Positions 40,811-54,950 of a DNA stretch of 64,000 nucleotides are shown here, one piece after another. Origin of the DNA: the human T2T-CHM13v2.0 reference genome, Homo sapiens; NCBI RefSeq assembly GCF_009914755.1, contig NC_060942.1; one strand, 5' to 3'. Positions within the stretch are counted from its first letter, which is position 1. Each line of letters begins with the position of its first letter. The notes beneath the pieces are model-generated. The model was given only the letters and a program-made list of their open reading frames with translations. It had not been told where the DNA came from and made no database searches. The position numbers were made by a program, and so were the translations under genes.

Positions 40811-41511
40811 GTTAGGCCACCTGTCATCTAAATGACATGCACCACCCTGGGAAAAATATTAAGAGTTTTCATATATCAGAACTTAAGGGCTTCATCTGAC
40901 TTAATTTATTAAAAATAAAAGCAAAGAGCAGTGATGTTCCATCTGCATCCTTATTTAAATATTATCTACCCTCCCATCAAGTTTAGGGCAACACACACTT
41001 TCCTTTTTTTCTGCTGAGTTCTGTTTTTTTTTTTAAATATATCCCCAATGATGTTCTATCCATACAATAAAACCGAATCCTTCAAAAGTTATCTCTATGA
41101 TAATTAATATTCACATACACCTGTGTTAAAGAACCGAGAGCAGTTTGAGATGGAAAGAAGAGTAAGAAGTGAGGGGACAGAAATGCAACAGGAAAAAAGG
41201 AATTAGGAACAAATGCTGATTTTGCCACAAATGCACTGCTGCACATTTACAGCCAAAGTGCTCCATCTTCTATTATGTATGACTTTTAGTAACATCAATA
41301 TTGATCCTCACTATTTTAATGCAATTAAATAATCAAAGAAAATAATCAACCTATTTTCAAAGAATATTGTTAAAAAGAACAAATTCCACAGTTCTCATTA
41401 AAAAGAATGACACAAAGCAAGACAAAACTGGGTGAGCCAAGTGTTCTTTGTTGTTGTTGTTGTTTTATAATGCATTTACAGTTTAATTAGTCTGTTTTTA
41501 AATTTAGTTCA

Positions 41512-41534
41512 GTGTGTGTGTGTGTGTGTGTGTG
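41512..41534. repeat. (TG)n microsatellite
   Basis: Seen directly. Confidence 0.92.
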
Positions 41535-42567
41535 CGCTGACTTTAGGTTGTGAGCAGTATGGGAATCATAGCAAAATTTACTGTTTTGGATTTTAAGAAT
41601 AAAAACAAAATAGTGCACCTAAGGAAGGAAGACTTAGGCCGTATACCTTAGTAGTTATTGACATATTCCACTAATTTTATATCAAAACCAGCCTTTTATT
41701 AAGATTGTTCATTCTAAAAAGTCCCCAAATTACAGTCTAATTAAATGGGAAAATATGAACTCTGAACTGCTTATGAAAGGAAACAACATATATAATTACT
41801 AGCTAAAAGTATACTTTGTTATGTTAAAAAATAACTTTCCAAATCCTGAAAAATCTCTAATTAAATAGACATAAATAAAGTTATTTTCCTTGCTCCCTGA
41901 CATGTCCTATATACCACAGAAAAGGTTACTATACAATCCATTGGAAAGTTCAAAACCAAAAGAACAATCCAGGGAACATAAAGAACTTGAGTCTTCAAAA
42001 AATGCTCCCCACAGCAGCAACCAAGTCCAAAGTGGGTTATGTTCAGGGAAAATGGTGCAAAGAAGACTCTTGAACAAGGAGGAAGAATCCTTTGGGAAAC
42101 TTTTCCTGTGACTCGGACCAGGTACAGCCACTACTGTCAGGACTGCTTTTCATAGGCATGTAAACATAACTGTAAATGCCTTAATGCTAGGGCCTGTGTC
42201 CCATTCAGGTATATCCCATGCACAGCCTGGCAAAGGACCACCATATGGGGAGCTTAATAAAGAGCCAAAACGAATGTGTGAATAGAATAATGTTCAAGAA
42301 GCAATCAGACACAGACCACCACAACCTGCTAGAAAACAAACAGATCTCCATCAGTAATTGTCATCTACATACAATCAGATCCTTAAAGATTAAAATTCTA
42401 GAATTTGAGATCATCAGGTTTTGCAAATTTAGATGTTTTATGCATAATTTATAAAGCATTCAATAATGCCTTAATATTGAGCAATATTGAGTGGACATTC
42501 TACAACTGATCAATTATAATGCAAATATAGAAAATATATGTCTGCTATTTATATATACCACCTCTAT

Positions 42568-43048
42568 TGTGCCCTAGGACTGAAACTGTAACCCAATATT
42601 CATTCTCGTCTTCTCCCACAGTAATAGATGTTTTAGCTGGGCATACTGCCACTCACAATAAAAAGTGCATTTCTCTGTCTCCCATGAGGTTGCTGTGCCT
42701 TTTAAGAAACCTCTGACCAATGGGATACATGGGTAAGTGATATGTGTACCTTCCAGGTCATGCGTTTAAAAAGAAGAGGGCATTCTCTGCCTGCCTGCTG
42801 CTTGGACAGTGAACTTGACTGTTGGCCATCTCAGACTGCAAATGAGGGCAATACTATACGAGGACCAAATGACAATGAAGGAATCGGGATCCCTGGATGA
42901 CTTCATGGAACAAAGTCATCGTATCTTTCCTGGAATGCCAGCTTCCAAATGGTTACATGTGAGAGAAATAAACGTCTTCCTTGTTTAAGTTATTGTTTTT
43001 TCTATTTCCTGTTTCACACAGCCAAAACTGCATTTTGCCTAACTCATA
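42568..43048 (+). mobile_element. Old MaLR solo LTR (MLT1J-like)
   Basis: CCCAATATTCATTCTCGTCTTCTCCCACAGTAATAG...CTGACCAATGGGAT...GGATCCCTGGATGACTTCATGGA...TTACATGTGAGAGAAATAAAC...TTGTTTAAG. Confidence 0.8.
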
Positions 43049-44199
43049 ATAAACCAAGTGAACAAAAACCACTATGTCTAAATTATCCCTAAGTACTCTG
43101 ACTAAATTCTGTCATACACACATACACACATCATGATTGAAACTACACACACAGGCACATTCATATGGGTCATAATGTGTGTCATATATATATATTTTGT
43201 ATGTATGCATATAGGCCCCATTTTCAGATGGCATATCATTTCATCATGCTGATAGGTCCAAGATACTTCCTCAACTTCCTCTCAAGTCATTCAACCAGAT
43301 GTTTTAAAATATGACCAACTGAGAACTTGACTAAAGAAATCACAGGATGTTCAATAATATATCCATATATTTTGATATATAAAATATATACATCACTTAG
43401 TTTTCTCCAAAAACTTTGCTATTACATAGTCATAGATATAAAACAAATATATGTCTATTCATGACCAGAATTGATATTTCCTGTAATGGTACATGGCCGA
43501 ACACGCTGTATGTATTTAGAAGATATGTCAAACCTATAATAAAGAAGACAGATGAACAGTACTATAAAACACACAGATATAAAAGGGAGGCATGATTTAT
43601 GCCCAAGTCAGAGAGAAAACCTATGGAACTTCATCGACCCCATCTATCCTATTCTACATTGTAAACCTATGAATGAAAGAACAGTATTGAAGAAACACTC
43701 AGTCACAACACACATGGGTCACCCCTAGACACAGATATCACCCACACTATTAAGTTGTTTGTTGTTGTTTTTATTTCCTTTGAAAATGATCTTAAACTCT
43801 TAGGTAAGGGTTTCAGCCCTACTCAAGAGAAAGCCCCTTTGGCCACAGGTGTTAAGATTTTACTTAGGGAATCTGACTCTACTCACAGGCACTGTAAAAG
43901 CTGATATTTGATAGGCTCCTTCCAAGTCAAGGACAAATACAGAAATCCATGGAAACCACAGTGAAACACTAATGTTATTCTGTGCGGTTTCACATTAAGT
44001 ATCCAGTGCTTAGAATATGTTTTACCCAGTAACCAGCTTTCAATCAACTAAAAATGACCGCAAGAAATCCTTAGCCTTCTGGTTACCCAGGGGTTTAGGG
44101 TCAATAGAAAACACCTAAATAAACTAAATTGTCCAAGAGATCATTACAAATGACATGAGAAAACATGTGATTGTTTTCTTAAAGGAACATGCATTTTCA

Positions 44200-45300
44200 T
44201 CACAACCACTCTATTTAAACTACTCTCAAAGGGCCTCAAAACTGCCCATTCACTGAATGCAACCTTTTCATTATGTCTCATTTTTCTTGGCCTCCCTGCA
44301 GTATTCTAACTCCTTGGTCATTCCTTAATTCTTGGAATTTTCTTTGTCTTTAGCTTGTGTGGTACTGACTTCTCCCCTAACCTCTACATTTGGGTCCCAC
44401 AATTCAGGCCTCAGCTTTCTTTACTCTTCTCTATATTCTGCACCAACTCTCATGCATTAGATTCCCTAACTTCTTCCACAAAGCTAGACCCAATCTCCAG
44501 CTCTGGATGTCCTCCCTGTAGCTACCTTTCCAACAATTCAAATTCTTTATCACTTTCATCAATTCAACACTCATCTACTAAGTATTGACTGTGTGCTGGG
44601 GATTAGGGTTACCAAAAAAAACAGACACTGTAGTCCCATAAACTAAAACCACACTCACATTGGTGCGATAGATGATAAAAGTCTGAACCAGTAGCATAGA
44701 AGCACCTGTCTCAGTGGCTGTGCACAAAGCTGTGATACTTTGCCTGGGTTTTGTAAAAACCCCAAGCAGCGAAGTGAGCAGGGCAGAATGGGACGGTGGA
44801 GGTGAGATGAGTAAGTGATTCATACAAAGCTGTACAGCCCAGAGAGTTTGGGAACTGCAATGATTTCCTTCGGTAGAGAAAGAACTAAAGGTGATAGAAA
44901 ATGAGGGTGGTCTTCCCTTCTCCCTCTTGACACATGGTGTTGGTGCCTCTGGATTTCATTTGGTGGTACTCGCATTCTTCTAATTACTTATATTCAAAAC
45001 CTTGAAAGTTTTAGGCTCCTTTCTCTTCCTGGTACCATATGCCCAAAAAATGTCAAGCAAAACATCTCAATTGGCTTCATCTAATTTATACCTATGTTTT
45101 AAGGCTTAGCTCAGATGCCATGTCTCCAGGAAACCTTTTTCAACCTCCACCACAGCAAAAAGTAATCAGTCTTTCAAGGATCTACTAATATTGTCTGTAT
45201 TTGTATCAAACAACCCCCCTTTTTAATGAAAAGCTTATGGAAAGCAAGACTATTTCTATTCAGTGTTGTACTATGGTATTTGTGCACAGCAGGTGCTGCC
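44200..45300. mobile_element. Cluster of L2 fragments in both orientations
   Basis: C/T-rich L2-like block at 44200-44560; reversed L2 tail at ~44560 (CAATTCAACACTCATCTACTAAG); L2 motif AAGGCTTAGCTCAGATGCCATGTCTCCAGGAAACCTT at ~45100. Confidence 0.55.
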
Positions 45301-47669
45301 TTTTTTCTCCTAGGAGTTTTCTTTTTGTTTTCCCTACTCATTATTACATACTGGCTTTTGTAATCTTCGGTATTTCAAAAATCACATTTTACGCTATTAG
45401 CAAAGTCAACATAAATTAAGTTAGCTAAGTTGGGTTTTTCATTTTATTAATTATTGGACTCCATGGTAAAGAGTGGGGTGGTGCTATGTAATCTGAAAAA
45501 TTCCTTCCAAGTCTAGAATTCTATTAGTCTTTGATCATACAAAATATGGTTAACGGAAAAACAAGTTAGCACGAAGATTTCTAATTATAAAACACTAAGA
45601 AATAAACTCTTTAAATCACGACCTTATAAGGTGATTCCATCAAACTTTCTTAAACACAACTCTTTTAGCAGACTAGAGGTGCTTCACTCTTAATGCCTAC
45701 GAATATAAACACTTATTGCCTATGAGTATAAACATTTTCTTAAAACACTTAGTAACTAAAAGAAATTCTCCAGTGGGCCTCATATGAATTATTTAACAGT
45801 CATGTATTAAAAATGAGTAATTTCTAATTAATAGGACAACCTTTATCAAGATAGATGTTTCTAGTAAAAAACAATCTCGAGACAATTTTAGATCATGATG
45901 AAAGTTTGTGAAAAATGTTAAGATATGGTAGCCAACAAGGTGACAAATTGTGTTTTAACACTTTTTATATAAGAGATCAATTTTCAGGCCTCAGTTCTGC
46001 CTATCTTGATACAAGTGTTAGAAAGCTGATATCCCAAATAGTCTAAAATACTACTCCAAATATATAAATATTTTTAAAGATAAAAACTGCTTAAAAGTCT
46101 CACTAAAAGCAAATCCTGAACTAAGCATAACAATTCAGAAAGAAAGTACAATATATTCCAAAGTGTTTTATTCATGCTGCATACAAATGTATCTGTAGTA
46201 AAATAAGAGTTGACAGATCACCTCTCAGATGCTATGATGATCCATGTATTTTTGATAAGCATGCTGCTAACCTGCAGGCGTAGTTTCATAAAATGAAGAA
46301 TTTTATTCAAAATCATTTAGCAGCAATCATCTTATGTGATTAAGTCACAGATATTAACTGAAGCATTATTTTGCTAATACTCAATTTTCCTTTCTTGAAT
46401 CAAATGATTTCTGTTCACTCATTCTTCATTACTAGAGAGAGGATAGGTTTTTGGATGAACCCAGGAGCAAGCTCTTTTCAGGCTTGTTTGGAGGGGGTTC
46501 AAATGCATTGCTCCATCCTGGCTCATAAGAAAAAACCTCAAACATAATTTTGATCGTGCTTTAGAAAGAAAAACAGACACCTTCCTACCCTGGCAGTGAT
46601 GCTTGGAAGGGAATTGAAGCACAGGCTTCATTCCACTGTATCGATCTCACTAAATAAAGGGTTCTGAATTTATTGATCAGCTCAGACTAAACCCCTAACT
46701 GTTTGCAAGACCATGCATGATGTGAAGCCCTGGTTCACTGAAGAAGGAAGAACTGAAAGCACTTTTGTTCTCAGGCAGCCACAGAGCAGCAATTTACACT
46801 AAGTAGTAGATGAACATGATTAAAATAATAGACAGCATTCAGTTACAGGATGGCGGGAGGTGGGGGAGATAAAACTTATGTTAAATTCAAAGATTTCTCA
46901 ATTTTAAGAATGATGTAGTAACAAGTGAAAGGTAAAACTATCTTTAAAAGAGGAATATTTTATTTGCATGTTTCTAAGCAGAAAAGCAACTCAGTCTCTA
47001 ACACAGTTGTTTCCTTCAAACCCCGAAAATATGCCTGTAGTGATTTTTTTTTTAAGGCTACACAGCAGTTTCTTCCCCACCCTCATCACTTTCACTGACT
47101 GCTAAATGATGCATACAGGGAGGGGTAAATCCAAGATTAATTTTAAGGTTCATTTTGTACATCTGCTCATTTTCATTTTCATTTGGAAGGACATTATTTT
47201 CTTTAGTCAAACTCAATTCTCATTCAAAATAAGCCTGAATGTGCTGCGAATTGATCTTATTATAATAAAATATTGCTGCCAAAATTTACAGCAGGCTTTT
47301 ATCTCAGAAAAAGGAAAACCACACCCCTTTATCCTGGTTTTCAGAACACAGGCCAAGCATGTGTTTCCCAATTTCTGTTAGCACCCATTTTTACACATTC
47401 AAAGCGTTCTCAATTTTAAAACAAACAAAAAGAAAGCCTAGTTGTTTTTTCTAAATATTGGCCACTGGAACATCTCCCAAAAGGCTTTCCACCTAGTCTT
47501 TCACATTCAAGGACTTAAGTACTCTGATCTACTACTTCGATATCTTGGTATTTAAAAGAGAAGAAAACAATGATTTTGTATTCAACCACTGCATTAATTT
47601 TTCTATTTCTTAACTCTTTTCAACTTAAAACAAATAAAGTAATTGTTTCCAGTCAAGAGGGAGAAAACT

Positions 47670-47860
47670 CTAGCCCAGGAACTGAATTCAAGCTTGAATG
47701 CAATCCAAATATGGGTTTGGCCACTAAATAGCTGTACAGTGTGGTATCTTCAGCAAGTTGCTATGCCTCTCAGTTTCAAGATATGGAGTACATGCTGCCT
47801 GTTCACTGGGTTGGTTCTCACATTTTACGATAATTATTTGAAAACAGCATTAGACACAAA
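47670..47860 (+). mobile_element. MIR fragment
   Basis: GCCACTAAATAGCTGT...CAGCAAGTTGCTATGCCTCTCAGTTTC. Confidence 0.55.
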
Positions 47861-48077
47861 TATGAGTTATTTTTTAAACTGTGTGGGATTTAAATGCTAA
47901 CATCTTTATGTCCACTTTATCAGAGAAGACTACAGCTGTCACAAAGACCTTACGTACTTTTTAGTTGGGCAGGGAAAGGGGACAGACTTCTACTTTACAA
48001 TTTACGTTCCAGTACGTGAGACATTAGAAAACTTCTAAGTTCCTTCCTCTAAAGGTCAAGAAGACAGAAACTCATGA

Positions 48078-48173
48078 CAGATGGTCCTCAACTTCTGGTG
48101 GGAATACATTCCAATGAAACTCACTGTAAAGTCAAGAACTGTAAATTGAACCATTGTAAGCCGGGACTGCCTG
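48078..48173. mobile_element. ~96-bp Tigger-derived MITE (MER47C-like)
   Basis: CAGATGGTCCTCAACTT...GTAAAGTCAAGAACTGTAAATTGAACCATTGTAAGCCGGGACTGCCTG|TA; degenerate terminal inverted repeats. Confidence 0.7.
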
Positions 48174-48569
48174 TACATTATTACACAGTCATTAAATAAC
48201 TTACCCAATATTTACAAAGTACCTAGGATGAATAATACATTAAGCAATGTTGCTGCTTAATACAGCAATACCTAATGTAAAAACTAATATCTGCTGGCAG
48301 TGATTCCAAAGGCAGATAGGAGATGGAATGGAGTAAAAAAAAATTTTTTTTTCAAAATTCACTTTCTTTTAAAAAAGGAAGCCAGGATGAAGTGGAAATG
48401 TATTGGGGAGGGAAAAAATGGCAAACCTAATCCAAAAAATGTGTTCTATGAGAATGGACTTATCCACCCTAACATATTCATGTTTTACATGTAAACATTA
48501 AGCGTAAATTCACTTGATTTAAGAAAATGCTTCATTTTGAAAAAATTGGGTTAAAAACCCCTAAATCAT

Positions 48570-48715
48570 CATAATGAGCATTTACTGAGCATTTACTATG
48601 TGCTGAGCTTGTTCTAAGCACTTTATAATATTAACTCATGTATGCACCCTAACAGGCACGTAAGACAGTCAGCATTAGTACCCTCAGTTTTCAATAAAGA
48701 AACTGAAGGGGTTAA
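48570..48715 (-). mobile_element. MIR
   Basis: CATTTACTGAGCATTTACTATGTGCTGAGCTTGTTCTAAGCACTTTA...ATTAACTCAT...AAGAAACTGAAG. Confidence 0.8.
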
Positions 48716-49634
48716 TCTCAGGTTTCATTTACAATCCAGAGATCAGTACTCCTGATTACAAAATGCGTTAAGTTTACATTTAAGAAATATTTTAGGGTGT
48801 AGAAAATACACAAGGTGGTTTCATCATTTTCCTTAATTTTGAACTGAAAATAGTATAAAAATTTAGAAATATGAAAGCTTACCTCAAGTATAGTATTTTT
48901 ACAGGAAAAGAGTCTATGGTCAATTGCATTATCTAATACTTTGAACTGCTGGACAAGGGTTCACATTTAAAGAAAAACATGATATTTAATAAAAATGAGA
49001 TTGTTAAAAGTTTATAGATTATTTATTCTATAGGAAATATCCAGATGTATATGCTTTAAAATCAAATGTTATTTTGAAGACTGCTATCATTATGAGAAAA
49101 ATGAACTACAGATATGCATGACTGTTCGCTATATATTATTACCAAATAGATATATGGAATAACACTTAAATAGATTAATGGGGCAGGGTGGGGGACAGTT
49201 AATATGGCTACATCATAAAACTTCCAAAAATCAAAGTGAACTATTTATTTAAAACATAGCACATAACATAACCTAGCTTAAGAAAGATGGCATATGGCCT
49301 TTGAAAAAATACATCATCTTCTATTTACTCATTGGGTGCTTGTGCAAACTCCCTAGCTTTTCTCAATCTGTTTACTGAATCCCTTTAAAATATACATAAA
49401 ATCCACTCCAACTGGCTGTGATGCTAATTAAGCTAAGTAATACATCTAAAACCCCGAGACATTATCTGGAATTCATGCAAATTTGATATACTTACATAAG
49501 TATAATAAAATAAGGTCAGGGGGCTTCTAATCTCTCATCTACAAATAATTAACTTTGAAAAAAATAATTGGGGTAAATTGCTCCAATTTTCTATTAAATA
49601 AAGAGAGTGAGTGCCTGCTATCCATTTTTTGTTT

Positions 49635-50060
49635 CAAACATTCATTGAGGGTGCTGTGCTTGACACAGAAGATAGAGATGTGACTGAGACATAGGCCATC
49701 CTGGCAGAACTATCGGTCTGGTGGGGAAAAGTGACTTCCTAAAATTGAAAGGTGGACAGAGGGGACAAGTAGTCTCCAGAGAAACAGACCAGAACATGAA
49801 AAGATATGACAATGTGATCACATGGTGCAGCCGGGACGCATCAATAAGGAAGCGTTCCATGTGACCCTAGAATGTCCAGAGGGATGATGAGGCAGAGATG
49901 CTGGAGGGGTGCTCCAGAGCCAGACCCAAAGGTCCCACTTGGCCAGGCAGGTGGACTTCCTCCTCAAGGCACTGTGGACCCACGCATGAGTTCTTAAGCA
50001 GGAGAAAGACATGCTACCTGCTGTGTATAAAGAAACCAAATGGAAGACAGCTTGGAGAAA
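49635..50060 (-). mobile_element. L2 fragment
   Basis: CAAACATTCATTGAGGGTGCTGTGC...GGACTTCCTCCTCAAGGCACTGTGGA...GAGTTCTTAAGCAGGAGAAAGACATG, typical of the L2 reverse strand. Confidence 0.7.
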
Positions 50061-50192
50061 AACTGTATTAATTTTTAAAAATGATGAGTATTGTGTTATT
50101 TATGAAATCACTTTCTTTTGTAGAAAAAAAAACTAATTGTCAAATCATCCTATCCACCAACCTGATTTAGGGGAAATAATACTAAAATCTAC

Positions 50193-50430
50193 CTGGCTTT
50201 TCTCCTAGTTCCCACAGGAGCAGTTACGGATTCAGTGGATGGATTCAACTTCTGAGTGGCTTGGGAATTTATAAGCTTCCCCCTAATAATAGCAAATTTT
50301 CCAATTCTGTTAGCCATAGTGACAGGCTGTTCCAGCCCTATCTGAAATTGGGACGCAGCCATAAGCGCAAGGCCCTGCGGCAAAGGGAAAATACTTTCCT
50401 TATCGTGGCGCAATGGTCAAGCCAATTTTC
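50193..50430 (-). other. Candidate exon or conserved non-coding element (CpG-retaining unique segment)
   Basis: - strand acceptor TATTTTTGCCTAG|G and weak donor CCAG|GTAGAT; several CpGs within ~60 bp in an AT-rich background. Motif evidence only. Confidence 0.3.
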
Positions 50431-51333
50431 CTAGGCAAAAATACATTTAAGATTTTATTTAATGTTCCTAAAATAATGCTCATTTCACTTTTTAACAAGA
50501 AAATCTATTAACTGAGCACCAAGGCTGATTACAATATAGCAATTTAAGCCATGACCAAAAAAAAACCTGCAAATACTTATGAATACAACTACATCAGAAA
50601 AAAACAGAGTTTATTACAGCTAGAGGTAGGGGTGCCTACAAGTCCTTCAAGGCTATTTCAAGACGAATTCAAATAGAAAACTCTTTCATAAAGGGACACA
50701 AATGTGTGACATTTCTTGCATTTTATATACACACATAAACTCAGCTAATTGTATGGTTAACATATTGTGAAGCTTTATGTGCACAGGTATCAAAGCACAT
50801 GGGTAATACTGGCCAAGAATGGCAGTGGTCAAATATTTTGCAAAGCTAACCTATCAAATATTAACCAGAAATCCTAAAAGAATGCTCAGTGGCAAACAGT
50901 TTAGATAACAATAAAAAGATAAACAGATGATCCATTGATCATGACAGGTTGGCTGTCATCCTGGGACACCTCCCACATTCCCAGGATATTTGATTAAAGG
51001 AAGTGGTTAAAATATGGTTAGTATACCACTAACAACAAAATGGAGTCTATGGTAACTCATGATCACACTTTTTAAAAGTGTATCATAAAATTCCCTGTCA
51101 GTTTTTCAAGTGTATAGTAAAAGTGAAATAGGTCACATCAGAATACAGAATTATGTTCTGAAAAACTTGTTCAATTTGGCTAAGTCTCATAATCTCATCA
51201 CTTACATAAAGTCACAGATTCTGCATCAATAACTCTAGGTGTACAATATAATATTGTCTGTGCACCTAAAATATCAGATATACGTGTATTTATTTCTAAT
51301 GATGTGGCTACTGTTCAAAAACTAGTGACTGCT

Positions 51334-51621
51334 GACAGGGCACGGTGACTCACACCTTAATCCCAGCACTTGGGAAGCCTCAGCAGGCGGATCTCAGAAG
51401 TTCAAGACCAATCTGCACAACATGGCGAAACCCTGTCTCTACAAAAAAACAAATAACAAACAAACAATTAGCTGGGCATGCCTGTAGTCCCAGCTACTTG
51501 GGAGGCTGAGATAGAAGAGCTGATTGAGCTCAGAAGGTCAAGGCTGCAGACAGCCGTGATCATGCCATTGCACTCCAGCCTGGGAAACAGGGCACGACCC
51601 CGTCTCAAAAAAAAAAAAAAA
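51334..51621 (+). mobile_element. AluJ-type element with internal deletions
   Basis: GACAGGGCACGGTGACTCACACC...GGTCAAGGCTGCAG...GTGATCATGCCATTGCACTCCAGCCTGG; A tail. Confidence 0.93.
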
Positions 51622-52432
51622 GTCTGACTATTCAACTGTAATACCTAAAGTTTTGTTTCAATGTGCTTCAGTGGCATTCATGAATTAAGGAGCTAAGTGA
51701 ATGCTGGGTTTAGCATTAACCCCATGATTAATGAGGCTACCTTCCACAGGACACAAAAAACACAAACAGGATGCACTCGGCCACACAGGCAACAGGCATC
51801 CTATTTATTTTTTTCTGGTAGATATGCCAGTGGTACAAACCAAAGGCCTATTTGAATTGCTCTTTTGCTTACATTTGAAAGTCAATATGTAAACTACTTT
51901 CAGATGCAACCAACAACAGGCCACACCCATAAGATCTAAGTACATCAAACCTTCCTATATAGTTTTCAGATATATCCCAGTCCACTCAAAAGCATTAGGC
52001 ATCGTATGTTAAGTAATTTTTACCCCTGATATATGCAAACAGGCCTTAGAATTGCTTTGTGTGATCTTCTGGTTAATAGCTACTCCACTGAAAATTATAA
52101 TCTGTCTTTCAAAATACCATTGAGTCAAAAGGTGATGCATTGCTAATGCTAAATTATTTTTCTCTGAAAAAATTTACTTCCATCATTCTGGTATTTTTAA
52201 ATCACAGCTGTAAAATTTTAAACTCACAAAACATAACCACCTGCATATAAAAACCTATCTATAATATAAGCCATCACACTTTAATTGTGCTGTCAAAAAA
52301 TATTTGAAAGGAGTTTGCATTGATATATTAGGTAAACATGAACCAAAATATCAAAACTTTATTTTCCTTAATGAAAGCCCAGCTTACGATTTCCAAAACA
52401 GATGAATATCAGTTAGACTCTAGGCCTAGCTA

Positions 52433-52730
<298 letters not shown>

Positions 52731-52879
52731 ATTAATTAATTAAATTTTAAAAAACTAAATGACTCTACTGTCTATGTCCCAGTAAACATAATTTATAGAT
52801 CTTTCTTATTATTCATTTTTAGGACATCTAGAACTACATAAGAAAAGCGTTATTAGGCCACCAAAGCAGAACTGTTGCA

Positions 52880-53080
52880 ATAATGTGACATTAAGCACAG
52901 TGTCCCTGCTCTGCTGCTTCCTTAGCAGAATAATGAACCTCTCTTGTCTTCCGTTTCCATTTGTAAAACAGATACACAATCACCATGCCTGTACCTCACA
53001 GATGATTGTAGAGCATAAAGAAACTAATTCACGTAAAACATTTTCATGTCTAGGATACAGGTTTCAATAAATATTAGTCA
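52880..53080 (+). mobile_element. MIR
   Basis: AACCTCTCTTGTCTTCCGTTTCCATTTGTAAAAC...TACCTCACAGATGATTGTAGAGCATAAAG...TCAATAAATATTAG. Confidence 0.75.
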
Positions 53081-54605
53081 GAAGCATCGTGATCATTTTG
53101 TAGTTGGCTCAGGACTAACTGAAGGACTGTGGGCATGAGCAAGTCCTGGCTGGTCATCAGAGGTCCACACTGCTGCAGGAAAGACAGAAACACTTCTGAG
53201 AGACTCAGGGGCTAAGTACTCCCTCCACCCAAGAAAGCAAGGAGGAGGAAATGCTTTTCAAAGTGCAGACAGCAACGCATTATTGCTATAATTTAGAAAG
53301 GAATGGAATGGAAAATGGAGTATATCACAGTCAAAAGTAAGTCTCACATCTTGTGAAATACACATGTAAGTGCAGTATCGTGATGTAAAATGTATTTCCG
53401 ACATAACATTCTGACAACTACTGCTCTGAAAGACATAGGTATATATCCACTCCAAATCAGAGACACCTGTGAAACCATGGCACCAAGCCTAGCTGAGATG
53501 CAGAAGACAGAATTCACTGGCACAAGTCCTGAGAAAATGGAGCGCATCCAGATGTGCGCATGGCTGCTGAGCAGGCCTCTTCCAGGGAGCCCTGCGGGAG
53601 AGGATTTGGGCTCTGTCCCCAGTGACTGAAGTTGAAAATTCTGTTACCTCCTTAGGGGCACAGAGGGCTGTAATGCTGCCAAGACTTTCTGAAGTGGAAT
53701 TAGACTGTCAGAGCAATAACCCCTCTTTCAAAGTGGTCTAGAGTAGTAAAATGACTAAATTTCCATAGGAGGGTGAGACTTATTAAGTTTTGGCAATCCC
53801 AAGTTTTGATGAGGTACCCTTGAAAAAGCAAAAGTTAATTAAAAATTTAGAATCAGACACCACATGCATGGACACGCACGCTAATCCATTCAATGGAATC
53901 TTTATTTTTATTAATAAAAACAGCTCCTTACACCATTTCCTCGGCTAACCAGACATAACCAATAAACAGTTCCAAAAATCCAAGAGAGCAAATGCCATGT
54001 AGGACCAATAAATACCACATAATTTGTTCGTAAAATAACTTACACCAAAAAGGACAAAAAAGATATTTTAAGTTCTTCAGTATTTGAAAGTTATAATTCC
54101 CTTAGAAGTTTCATCTGGTCTATTCACAAATTTAGAATTATATCATCTTGATTTTTTTTCAAAAATACTAAAACATACAACTGCTAGGAACTAAAAAAAA
54201 ATTATCAGATAGTAAATATTCTGTCAGTTTTCAATAATCTAACACTCTGAGTAATTGTTATACCCCAACTTTGTGGGAAAAAGAGGCCACAGGAGTAAAG
54301 AGGTAGCGAGATCTCAGTGCAAGCTCATCATGGGTTTTAATTGACACCACCTTCCCTCACATCTGGGCAAGTTACAGAACATTTGACAGAATCTTCACAC
54401 AGAACATCAATCACTGCAGTGGTGATTTTATATTAAGATCTGACCTAGAAAAAGCCCTTGATTTTTTTCCTGTACTCTCCATCTTATGTTTTTATGAGAA
54501 AACCAAAATATTATGGAAGACATTTAGAAGAAAATTGGTCCATTTTGAGAGAGGGAGAAAATTAAGGATAAAAGAGAGAAGATACTGTTCAAAAAGCATT
54601 TGTGG

Positions 54606-54633
54606 TGTGTGTGTGTGTGTGTGTGTGTGTGTG
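54606..54633. repeat. (TG)n microsatellite
   Basis: Seen directly. Confidence 0.92.
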
Positions 54634-54834
54634 GCCTGAAATAGTGTGATCCTACAGCTCAGTTAAAATTTCATCTTACCTACTATTTTCCACTAATTTG
54701 CAAGCTAGCATCCCATTTCCATCTTTCTAAATTACTTAACGATGTCATTAAAAATATTTCCATACTATTCTCTGCAATAGATATTACTCCCCTTCACCTT
54801 ATTTTCTTATTTCTCAATAAACATCCAAACTTGT

Positions 54835-54950
54835 GTTCACACTCATTTAATCTATCAATGAGTATCAAAAGGCCAGGACTCGTCAGGCATTGTGCTAGGC
54901 ATTGGGAATACCGGGCAAATGTGACAAGGTCCCTGCCTTACAAAGGTGAC
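54835..54950 (-). mobile_element. L2 3' end fragment
   Basis: TTCACACTCATTTAATCTATCAATGAG...CAGGCATTGTGCTAGGCATTGGGAATAC...GGTCCCTGCCTT. Confidence 0.7.

Noticed and set aside
48883-48948. 66-nt open AG...GT interval on - (QFKVLDNAIDHRLFSCKNTILE)
   Set aside because: The peptide is unrecognised, the sequence is AT-rich and the acceptor is modest. Such pairs are expected by chance in 64 kb.
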